A stretch of 62,928 nt of DNA, the filler included, from Stramenopiles sp. TOSAG23-3 (Eukaryota), in NCBI GenBank assembly GCA_900128585.1. It is 11 parts of 11 records of this genome, joined end to end, with 100 filler letters (N's around TTAATTAATTAA, not from the genome) between each part and the next. Parts side by side here need not be neighbours in the genome. Positions count along the whole stretch, not along the records: positions 1 to 8,184 come from LT643052.1; positions 8,285 to 16,467 come from LT643053.1; 9 more parts are not named here. One strand, written 5' to 3'. The position numbers were made by a program, and so were the translations under genes. Of the stretch, positions 1-8,555 are shown piece by piece. The notes under the pieces were generated by a model that was given only the letters and a program-made list of their open reading frames with translations, did not search any database and had not been told where the DNA came from. Numbering within the stretch: position 1 is the first letter of the stretch; every line of letters begins with the position of its first letter.

Positions 1-31
1 GTAACTTCGACTTTTATTTTATTTTATGATT

Positions 32-320
32 AGTTTGCCTGCTATTGTTATGTTAATTTGTATGATTTATATGCTATTTGTATGTTAATTTGTATGATTT
101 ACATGCTATTGTTATGTTAATTAATATATTTACATGCTATTTGTATGTTAATTTGTATGATTTAGATGCTATTGTTATGTTAATTAATATAGTTTACCTG
201 CTATTGTTATGTTAATTAATATAGTTTACATGCTATTGTTATGTTAATTTGTATAGTTTACCTGCTATTGTTATGTTAATTTGTATGATTGACATGCTAT
301 TTGTATGTTAATGTGTATAT
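32..320. repeat. AT-rich minisatellite, ~9 copies of a 32-bp unit (consensus TGCTATTGTTATGTTAATTTGTATGATTTACA)
   Basis: TGCTAT anchors at 40, 72, 104, 135, 167, 199, 231, 263 and 295, i.e. period 32 with one interval of 31. Confidence 0.92.
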
Positions 321-348
321 CAATCTTATTTATCCTATATATTGTTCA

Positions 349-593
349 TACTTGTAAAACACTTAGACTACAATATTATCAAAGTGTTTCGCCTGAAAAC
401 GATCATTTTCTAATACTCTAAGATACAATACAAGTACAATGTTTCTATCTCTTTTATGTTTGTTGCAAAACCAAAACCTGGGGAAAATGTCTTGATAGGC
501 AAACTGTACTTGTAGTCTATTTTAGAGATAGCGTAAATGCAAATATTTAGAGAAACACTTTTGTATATTGGTAGTGTTCATCCTTTACAAGTA
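349..593. repeat. Degenerate ~245-bp inverted repeat (foldback/MITE-like remnant)
   Basis: Nested exact reverse-complement pairs share one axis at ~471: 349-358/584-593, 371-376/565-570, 381-390/552-561, 416-421/522-527, 429-438/505-514. Confidence 0.7.
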
Positions 594-919
594 CGTTTTG
601 TAGTCTATATTAGATAGGTAATTCTTGTCGGACATCACCATTTCATTAATTAACAGGTAATAGCAGGTAAACTATCTTTCGATGCAAGAAAAGCGCATTG
701 AAAAAGAAGAAAGAAAGACAGTTTTACGTAAAAAAACGAAGAGGAGGAAAAAGAAAAGAAACAGAAAAGAAGTGAACCAACCCACCCCACCCCACCCCAC
801 TATGGGTAGAAAACCATCGTCGAACGAGGAAGGCAACGGCTTTAGAAAACGTGTGAAAAAAATTTGCAGTCGTCCATTCACTTATTCATTCACGAATCCA
901 TTTGCAAGCATAACGAAGC

Positions 920-1986
920 ATGGTTAAAACGGGAGGTGGAGGTGGCGACGGTAATGGCGGTGGCAGTAACATCAGTAACATCAGCAGTGGTAATAGCAGC
1001 AGCAGTGGTAATAGCAGCAGCAGTAGTAGTATTGGGGACGGTGGTAAACCGAATCGGTCCGGGGGGGGGGCGGCGGCGGCGGCGGTGGCAGAGCAACGAC
1101 GGTGTCCTCGCAGATTAGCTCGAGATTAAGAAACATAGTCCCCTCAAAGCGCGGTATCTCTCGCACACAGATCGGGACCGTAGAGGCGTTTGTCCGTGTA
1201 GAAAAAGGCGATGGCACGGGCTCGTTCGTCACGAACGGGAAACTCAAGTGCCTCGTCCCTGGGTGCGACCGGACCTTCAACTACTCCGTTTCCCGGCGCC
1301 TTCACATTCGACGGATTCACACGAAGGAGCGCCCGTTCAAGTGCGAGAAGTGCGGCAAAGACTTCATTGCGTGCGGCGATTTGAAGCTTCACGACGAGAC
1401 TGTACATTTGAAAATCAAGTACCCGTGCAACATCTGCGGGATCGAACTGTCCACGAAGAAGTCCTTGAAACGGCACCAGCGGTCCCTCCACGACGAGAGC
1501 AGGAAGTTGTGGGTCTGCCAGCTCTGCGGGGAGGGCCACACCACCGCGGCCATCCTCCAGACGCACGTGAAACGCCACAAGCGCGACCACGCCGTCAAGG
1601 ACATCCGGTTCGACGAACTCGTGAAGAGGTCCAAGGACATGAAACGTGAGGCGGAGCAACGGATGCGCACCAAAGACTTGGAGCTGAAACTCGCCAACAA
1701 AAAGTTTCAATGCTCCCAACGGGAGCTCGCGGGCTTGAAGAAGCTCTTGGAATCGATATGCTCCGAACAGCAGCTCAAACGGGTCGGAAAGTTGGACGCC
1801 AGCGCGCAGCAGATGAAGGAGAAAGCCCTCGGGAACCTTCAGGCACAGGTCGACGAGAGGATCGGAGCGTACGAGGAGATGAAAGCGCAGAAGAAGTTGG
1901 AGAGGCAAGCCGCCAGAGCGAGTAAGAAATCGAAACCCTTGGCAATGCCCGTAAAGGACGGCGTGTCGCGCGAAATGACAGTATGA
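920..1986 (+). CDS. C2H2 zinc-finger protein (4 fingers plus C-terminal coiled coil); Gly/Ser-rich N-terminus joined across a frameshift at G10 (1061-1070)
   Basis: Fingers CLVPGC..HIRRIH, CEKC..HDETVH, CNIC..HQRSLH, CQLC..HVKRH with a TKERPF linker in ORF 1102-1986, which starts at GTG; ATG 920 ORF joins in frame if the G-run has 11 G. Confidence 0.85.
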
Positions 1987-2110
1987 CCCGGCGGTGCGCG
2001 TGCCAAGTGCGCGGGTTTGCCAAGTGTGCGGCACGCCAAGATTAGATGCATATATATCACGCTGCCCGAGACCTTTCTTCGTGTAAGAATTAAACAATAT
2101 AAAAATATAA

Positions 2111-2140
2111 AAAAAAACAAGAAAATTGGCTCCTGTTATT
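2111..2140 (+). promoter_or_regulatory. Copy of recurrent 3'-flank motif AACAAGAAAATTGGCT(CC)TGTTATT
   Basis: ~125 nt downstream of the + strand stop at 1986; related copies at 2299, 15199, 54525, 54861, 61586, 61616. Confidence 0.5.
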
Positions 2141-2183
2141 TTTTAAATTAAAAATTAATGTACCATCAAATTAAAAATTAATG

Positions 2184-2225
2184 TACCATCATTACGAAGT
2201 CACAACTGACTTCGTAATGATGGTA
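2184..2225. repeat. Perfect hairpin, 19-bp arms with a 4-nt loop
   Basis: TACCATCATTACGAAGTCA-CAAC-TGACTTCGTAATGATGGTA; preceded by a 23-bp direct duplication AAATTAAAAATTAATGTACCATC. Confidence 0.9.
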
Positions 2226-2298
2226 ACATATATGATATCTCTCAACATAAATACTATATATTTTGTTTTTTTTTTGATATCTCTCAATCAATATGATC

Positions 2299-2319
2299 AG
2301 CCAATTTTCTTGTTTTTTT
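2299..2319 (-). promoter_or_regulatory. Copy of recurrent 3'-flank motif (AGCCAATTTTCTTGTTTTTTT on +)
   Basis: Exact 21-bp reverse complement of 2111-2131; ~165 nt downstream of the - strand stop at 2483. Confidence 0.5.
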
Positions 2320-2482
2320 ATGATACTATATGCATTCATTTGCCCCTATGAATAGCCTAGAAAATTGTTTGCTGGGTGTGTGTTATTTTGGAAACATATC
2401 CTCTTGTGGTAAAAAAAAACACGCAAGAGAGAGGTAGATTCATTTGACTCGCACGCATTGCCCAGCTCTAATTTAGCACGCA

Positions 2483-3904
2483 CTATTTGTTCTCTCTGTT
2501 CGCGCGCGCCCTGGCGTTTTCTTTCTTTGACAAAGCGCTCTCTCTCCTCTCCTTTCTTTGGGTCCGTCTCACAGACTTGGGAGTGAGACCTGCCCCCCCC
2601 CCCAACGAGCGCCTGCCGCTCTGCTTCTTCCGGCCGGTCTGTTTCCTTCGGAGCGCTGCCATGTTCTTCCGTTCTATTTGCTGACGTTTTTGCCGCCGCT
2701 GCCGGGCCGCCTTTCCGAGCGGGCTGGAATTCGCGACGGCGGCTTTGGACGGGGACGCCGCCCCGCCGCCCATAAGACGGGCCTTGCTACTGCTGTCGGG
2801 CATGTTGTGAAAAATCTCCGGGGACATGGGGCGGACGGGGGCGACGGTGCCCTCGGTTCCGTCCGGAAACGCTTGGGGGCTGTTTGCCGCCGGGGGCACC
2901 TTCTTTGACGTCGCGCGGACGAGCTTTACGACGCGCTCCAGGGCGCTCTCCCTCTCCTTGCACAGGCCCATTGCCGTCTTGAACCCCTGCACCGCCCGGG
3001 CACGGTCGTGCACCGCGCGTTCCAGGGACCGCTTCATCCGGCGAAACTCGGCTGCGCCATCGTCGTCGCCGCGGTGGTGGTCGGAGGGCGGCCAGTCGCC
3101 GCCGCCGTTGGCCGCGCCCGCCGCGCTGCTGTCCATGGCCTCCTGCGGCGCCGCCAAGACCGAGGACTGCCGCCTGTGCCCCTTTCCTCCTCTCTTCCGC
3201 GGGCTCTCTCGTGCCACGCGGGCGGCCTCCTTCTCGGCGTCCCGTGCCGCTTTGATGGCCTTGTTCTTTGCCTTCCCGGCCTTGTCCAGTTCCATGACCA
3301 GCTCGGCTTTCTCCTCGATGGACGCGTCGACCTTCTTTCGGGCCTCCAAGTGCCGCATGTCCGCTTCCCGCTTTTCCTTTCCCAACCGGTTCAATGCCTG
3401 CTTCAATTTTTCGATCGTCGCCTGCGAGTCTTTGATCTTGCGCTGGTGCCGAATAGAGTCGGCCTCGGCCTTGGTCCGCTGCCGTTTTTCCCGAATGAGA
3501 ACCTTGGACATTTTGTCATGCTTCGCCTGTAGCAACTTGTTCTCCCCTTGCAGCTTCCGAATGTCCTCTACTAAAATTTGGACCCGCGACAGCTCCATGG
3601 GGGTCGTGTCTTTCTGCGGGGTAGGCGTGGCCGCTTCGGTCGGGACCACGATGGGGGATGGGGGGCGGTCCCAGCCCATGTCTCTACGGTACTTTGCCTT
3701 TCGCAAATCTGCCTGCGCCCCTTCATTGTGTTTTCGGCTCAAGTGCCCTCGAACGTTTCTCTGTACAATGACTGCGGCATGTTCCGTTTCCGACAACAAT
3801 TTCGGTGGAACAGGCGGGGCAATTTTCCCTGGCCCGGCACTGGCATTCGGCGATGTTGGCGGGGGCGCATCGTTCTTTGCCTTCTTGTTTTTCTTCCTAA
3901 ACAT
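2483..3904 (-). CDS. IQ-motif coiled-coil protein, function unknown
   Basis: Likely start MFRKKNKK (ATG 3904); IQ-like AAVIVQRNVRGHLSRK; long heptad-rich region; basic C-terminus; GC-rich coding composition. Confidence 0.8.
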   Translation of the reverse strand: MFRKKNKKAKNDAPPPTSPNASAGPGKIAPPVPPKLLSETEHAAVIVQRNVRGHLSRKHNEGAQADLRKAKYRRDMGWDRPPSPIVVPTEAATPTPQKDTTPMELSRVQILVEDIRKLQGENKLLQAKHDKMSKVLIREKRQRTKAEADSIRHQRKIKDSQATIEKLKQALNRLGKEKREADMRHLEARKKVDASIEEKAELVMELDKAGKAKNKAIKAARDAEKEAARVARESPRKRGGKGHRRQSSVLAAPQEAMDSSAAGAANGGGDWPPSDHHRGDDDGAAEFRRMKRSLERAVHDRARAVQGFKTAMGLCKERESALERVVKLVRATSKKVPPAANSPQAFPDGTEGTVAPVRPMSPEIFHNMPDSSSKARLMGGGAASPSKAAVANSSPLGKAARQRRQKRQQIERKNMAALRRKQTGRKKQSGRRSLGGGAGLTPKSVRRTQRKERRESALSKKENARARANRENK

Positions 3905-4733
3905 GATCAATGACGGCCAACGCACACGCACACGCACGCATGTATATGTATATTGTATACACAATTCTCAACCGAATCAATCCCAAAACAAAGGAGGATG
4001 ATGCACCGCACGAGAATGTATTTGTAAGCGAATAGAGGGAAAAGAGGATAGAAAGGACGAAAGCGAACGGGTGGGTGGTTATCTAGAAAGAACCCAAAAG
4101 CAAGCAAGCAAGCCATCGATCCATACAAGTCAAACCAAATCAAACTCAAACTCAAACTCAAACCTAACGCAGTTGAAATATTATAAGTGAGCGCGCAGCG
4201 CGGCGACGGCGGCGACGACGGCTATTTTTAGATTTTTAATAATATTTATCTAATTTAATGTACATTATTAGTTTTTACAAATATATAGTAATTGTATAAA
4301 CTTAATTAATCTTTTTTAGATACATTAAATTGAAAGAGATTTACGTTGAAAAATTACTTTTTGCTGCGCCGGACGACACTTTTTTGCTCCATTTGCATTT
4401 CCTTTGCATTTACAATCAAGGAAGGAAAGAAGGAAAGAAAGGACGAAAGAGAGAAAGAAAGGTATTATTGAGAGAAAGAGAGAGATAGAGAGGATTTTGA
4501 AGAAACGTAAGCTCTCTCTTGGTGATCTTGGTGAATTGACAGATTGATAGTGTGTGTGCGTGTGTGATTTGTTCTTCTAGTTTGTATATGAGAAAGTTCC
4601 TTTTCGTTTGAGGGTTGTGTGGATCTTTCGTTACGAATTCATTTTTTTTTGTTTTTTCACTCCTTCGCTCTCTGCGTGTGTGTGTCTGCCTGTCTTACGC
4701 GCGCACTCGCTCGCCCACGCACTTCGTTTCGAA

Positions 4734-5273
4734 ATGGGAAACTTGTGTGCGGCAAACAGTTTGATACCCATTAACATGTTGGTCATTGGGTTGGATGGAA
4801 GTGGGAAAACGACACTGTTGTATAAGATGAGATTGAAAAAGGCAAACCCTTCCTTTGAACCGACGGTGGCCTTTAACTACGAAGTCATTTCACAAAAGTA
4901 TAGAACATCGACCTTTTCCATTTCGACGTGGGACCTATCTGGGGGGACAGAATTGCGTGCCGTTTGGCCTTATTTTTACGACCACATACCGTTCGACGTG
5001 TTCATGTTTGTCGTTCATTCGTGCCATCGAAATAGACTGAAGGAAGCCAAGGTGGAATACCATCGTCTTATCAACGAGTCCAAGTTGTTGGAGTGCACGA
5101 AAGTGGTGATCAACAATGTCGATTCAGGGGACTTGATCAATGCAATATCGGCGGATGAGTTACGATCAAAATTAGACCTTGGCGAGTCGGTGGCTATCAT
5201 AGACGTAAATGCCAGGACGGGCGATGGGGTTGCCGCAATATACCATTATCTTTACACAAAGTGCGTTATATGA
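4734..5273 (+). CDS. ARF-like (Arl) small GTPase, atypical
   Basis: MGNLC myristoylation-type start, G1 GLDGSGKTT, G2 PTVAFN, G3 WDLSGG, G4 NNVD, G5 NARTGDG. Confidence 0.9.
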   Translation: MGNLCAANSLIPINMLVIGLDGSGKTTLLYKMRLKKANPSFEPTVAFNYEVISQKYRTSTFSISTWDLSGGTELRAVWPYFYDHIPFDVFMFVVHSCHRNRLKEAKVEYHRLINESKLLECTKVVINNVDSGDLINAISADELRSKLDLGESVAIIDVNARTGDGVAAIYHYLYTKCVI

Positions 5274-5716
5274 GGAGGGTTGAAAATGTTTTTTTTTTTA
5301 ATAAATTAAAAAAATAAGCCATACTGGGGCGGTTATTATTTTTATGTATTTTTACTCAGAGAGAGATGTGTGATTATATTTTGGAATAATGTGTCTCAAA
5401 TAAACTCTTACGCGCGGGAAACGCGAACGGCCGCACGCGTAAGTATCTCTGTGGTTCACACACGCACGCTTTCGCTTCATATTTTCTTTGCTTTACACAC
5501 TTCCACACTGTGTACGCTCTTACAAAAATAAATGGTGGTGAGATTTTAAAAAAATGGTTTTTTATAAAAAATTTGTACCGAGAATAAAGTTTTTAGTTTA
5601 ATATTTTTACTCTCTACACACAGAAGATATTTCAAGTGTTTGTTTTAAAGGTCAAGAGAGTGAAGGATCTTTCGCCTGTATTAGCCGGCTCCTCCTAATT
5701 CTTTTCAATCTTTTTT

Positions 5717-7108
5717 TTAGTAGTGTTCTAAGTATTGGCTCAATCCCCCGTCGATCGATAGGATAGAGGACCACTGCTCGTACACCCAAATCTTCGTGCG
5801 CAACAATATCTGTTTCTCCATGCGACGGTGCAATATTCCGACCAACGGGCGCGTTGCTTTGAGCTCTTCGTCTTTCGCGGCGCTGGCGATTTCTTTCAAC
5901 TCCGCGTCGTCTTGCGAAAGGGTCGTTGGGTACATCTTTAGCATTTGCTCGCAGGCCATCAAAAGGGTGCGGTAGACGAGGGCTTCGTTGTACAGGCTGA
6001 CGGGGGCGTTGCCGCTTCGAATGACGTTGAAGCGGTCCAACTCTTTCCCACGGAGCAGCTGGACTCGCAAGGCGCGAACGAGCCCGCTTGGGACCGTCCC
6101 GTTATTGGATTTTGCCAAACGAAAGGTCGTCGATGCCGACACCCCTATGGTCCGGAGCATGCGCTCCTTGACGCCGTACAATGGGTCGTCCGAAGACATG
6201 CGGATCGCGATGGGGACGCTGTCGTACGGGTTTCCCTCGATGAACGTCCCATGGTTCAAGAGAAGGTTGTCGCTCCCTTTCATGCCGTTGTTCACGAAGA
6301 TGGACGCGCCCGACTTTGCGCCCGAGAATGACGAGATGACGATGGTTTCGTTGTCAAGCTGGATCGAGCTCGCGTTTTCCACGGTAAGGTCGAACTCGCC
6401 GAACCCTGGCAAGAGCACGGGAACGCTCGCCTCGTTCTCGGACATGCTCAGCAGCAGGGACCGACTGAACACGGTGGAGACTGCCCACGCAAAATGGTTG
6501 AAGGAGAATTCCTCTTCGGTCATGACCCCGTTGTCCTCCACGATCATCTTTGCCAACTTCTTGTAATCATCGGAGGTGGCCACAGAGCGCTTCTGGGCCT
6601 CCCCCAACAGTGGAGAACCGGACAGGCTCTTGAGCTCGTCTTCCCCCCAGTACTGCACGCCGCCAAACGCGGACGGAAGGGACTGGACGTACGCGTAGAT
6701 CTCCGAGTCTTTCCCGAGCTTGTACTTTTCGTACACTAAAAGGACGGCGAGGCCAACCGTTGGGGAAATGTCGCTGCCGGCGAGGACTTTCGCAAGGTCC
6801 TCGTGCCTGGAAATTCGCCCCATCGAAATGAGCTGGTTGACGTGTGCTTCGAACACGACTTCCCCTTCGGCAATGTCCCTGGTCGCGACGACCCCTCTGC
6901 GGCCACCCCTGGACGCCCTGTCCTTCACGCGAGCGCCCGGGAACGTAATCCCTGCGGTCTCAAAGTATCCTGGGAGTAGGTCTGGTTCGGCAGCTTTATC
7001 GTTTGAACCATCCCCGTCCACTTCGATCACTTCGACGTCCTCGTCGGCCACCGCTACTACGACACATAGTGCCAAAGCTAATAAAAGCGCAAGGTTAAAA
7101 ACTCTCAT
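5717..7108 (-). CDS. SET-domain / Rubisco-LSMT substrate-binding domain protein (SETD3/LSMT-like) with N-terminal signal peptide
   Basis: GRRGVVATRDIAEGE, YVQSLP, FAWAVSTVFSRS, YPTTLSQDDAEL, RRMEKQIL; hydrophobic leader MRVFNLALLLALALCVVVAVA. Confidence 0.88.
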   Translation of the reverse strand: MRVFNLALLLALALCVVVAVADEDVEVIEVDGDGSNDKAAEPDLLPGYFETAGITFPGARVKDRASRGGRRGVVATRDIAEGEVVFEAHVNQLISMGRISRHEDLAKVLAGSDISPTVGLAVLLVYEKYKLGKDSEIYAYVQSLPSAFGGVQYWGEDELKSLSGSPLLGEAQKRSVATSDDYKKLAKMIVEDNGVMTEEEFSFNHFAWAVSTVFSRSLLLSMSENEASVPVLLPGFGEFDLTVENASSIQLDNETIVISSFSGAKSGASIFVNNGMKGSDNLLLNHGTFIEGNPYDSVPIAIRMSSDDPLYGVKERMLRTIGVSASTTFRLAKSNNGTVPSGLVRALRVQLLRGKELDRFNVIRSGNAPVSLYNEALVYRTLLMACEQMLKMYPTTLSQDDAELKEIASAAKDEELKATRPLVGILHRRMEKQILLRTKIWVYEQWSSILSIDGGLSQYLEHY

Positions 7109-7636
7109 CTTGAAACTGGTGGTGGTGGTGGTGGTGGATTTCTTCTCGTCGTTCGTTTACTTTTCGGTTGCAAAAACGTTTCGCTTTCGTTCCGCTGGTC
7201 TCCTTCGTCCTTTCTCTAGCTGTAGAAAAGCGTAAGTGTGTAAATTAATGTGTGGAACCTTAATAAACCCCTTCCTTCCTTCGATTCAATCTCTTTCTTT
7301 CTTTAATGAATACTTCGTTTATATAGAAGAAACATATTCATAAATCACTTCTTTTTCAGCCAACCAAAACGGAAAGTGACCAAATCTTTTGAAAATATTG
7401 TTCAATACTTTTATAGTTCTATTAAATTGTTTTATATTATTATATTTTACATATGTTTTTATATGTTTAAAACATTATTAAGTGATTCGTGTCCTTTTTT
7501 AATTAAAAAAAGGAAAAAAGGAAAAACCAAAAGGAAAGAAATCTCATGTTCGTTCTATAGTTAACTTGTTTCATTCTCATTCAATGCGCAAGGCATTCAT
7601 TCCTCTATTCTTTCTCACTCGATTCACTTTAACCCC

Positions 7637-7700
7637 TTCAAAGACTTCAAAGACTTCAAAGACTTCAAAGATTTCAAAGATCTTAAGATCTTAAGATCAT
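7637..7700. repeat. Short tandem repeat (CTTCAAAGA)n grading into (TCTTAAGA)n
   Basis: Directly visible 9-bp then 8-bp units. Confidence 0.8.
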
Positions 7701-8184
7701 TCATTCCATATATTAATAATAAATACAATCAAACAAACAAACAAACAAACAAACAATCGGATGTGTGAATGAATGAACACAAAAACAGAAACCTATCCAA
7801 CCAAAGAAACTGATTGACTGACTGCTAGAAAAGGTATCATAGAAGACAAGACTCGACTCAACTCAAAAGATCAAAAGCAAATACCTTTCTTTTTCTCTTT
7901 CCCTTTCTCTTTCTTTTTCTCTTTTTCTCTTTCTCTTCCTCTTTCTTTTTCTCTTTCTCTTTAAAAACAAGAAAGAAAAAAAGAGAAGAGAATATATAGA
8001 ACGAAAACTTTCTTCTTCATTCGTTTGTTTGTTTGTTTGTTCGTTTCGTTTCGTTTCGTTTGATCAAAGATAATACCTACCATTTATAACATTACACCCA
8101 TAAAAAAATCATCCCATTTCTATCTAAAATTTTTTCTTTCTCTCTCTTTTCTTTTCTATATCTATATCTATAACTCAACTTTTC

Positions 8185-8284
8185 NNNNNNNNNNNNNNNN
8201 NNNNNNNNNNNNNNNNNNNNNNNNNNNNTTAATTAATTAANNNNNNNNNNNNNNNNNNNNNNNNNNNNNNNNNNNNNNNNNNNN
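8185..8284. other. Artificial contig spacer N44-TTAATTAATTAA-N44; also at 16468-16567, 24741-24840, 33014-33113, 41278-41377, 49539-49638, 57796-57895, 59080-59179, 60363-60462, 61646-61745
   Basis: Identical 100-bp structure ten times; the core has stops in all six frames; intervening contigs are sorted by length. Confidence 0.98.
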
Positions 8285-8555
8285 CGCCGAGATTGCGACG
8301 GACATTTTTTCTACTTTTTTTTCTTTTCTTTTTTCTTTCACGTTGCATTTCATCTAAATAGTATTTTTATTATTATTAAATTTCATTATTTATTAACGTA
8401 TTGTGGACTGCTTTCTCTAGAGAGAATAACAACAATTAGTTTCAGCAATTTCAAATTACGTACCCGGGGCCAGCATTGTACAAACCGCTTGCCGAAGCTA
8501 GAGCGTTCGAACGGGTCTCGATTCGTTCCAGTGAACTTTCCCTGACTGACCACCT

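Noticed and set aside
32-320. CRISPR array
   Set aside because: Repeats are contiguous with no unique spacers; no cas genes; eukaryotic context
1144-2097. 317-aa antisense ORF (likewise 2826-4001, 16798-17697, 27510-28823, 27880-28776, 30186-31067, 31098-31946)
   Set aside because: Shadow or alternative-frame ORFs of GC-rich genes; no motifs, whereas the overlapping gene frame has clear family signatures or coding character
8229-8240. TTAATTAATTAA recurring about every 8.2 kb as a biological periodic element
   Set aside because: Always centred in exactly 44+44 N; it is an artificial six-frame-stop linker
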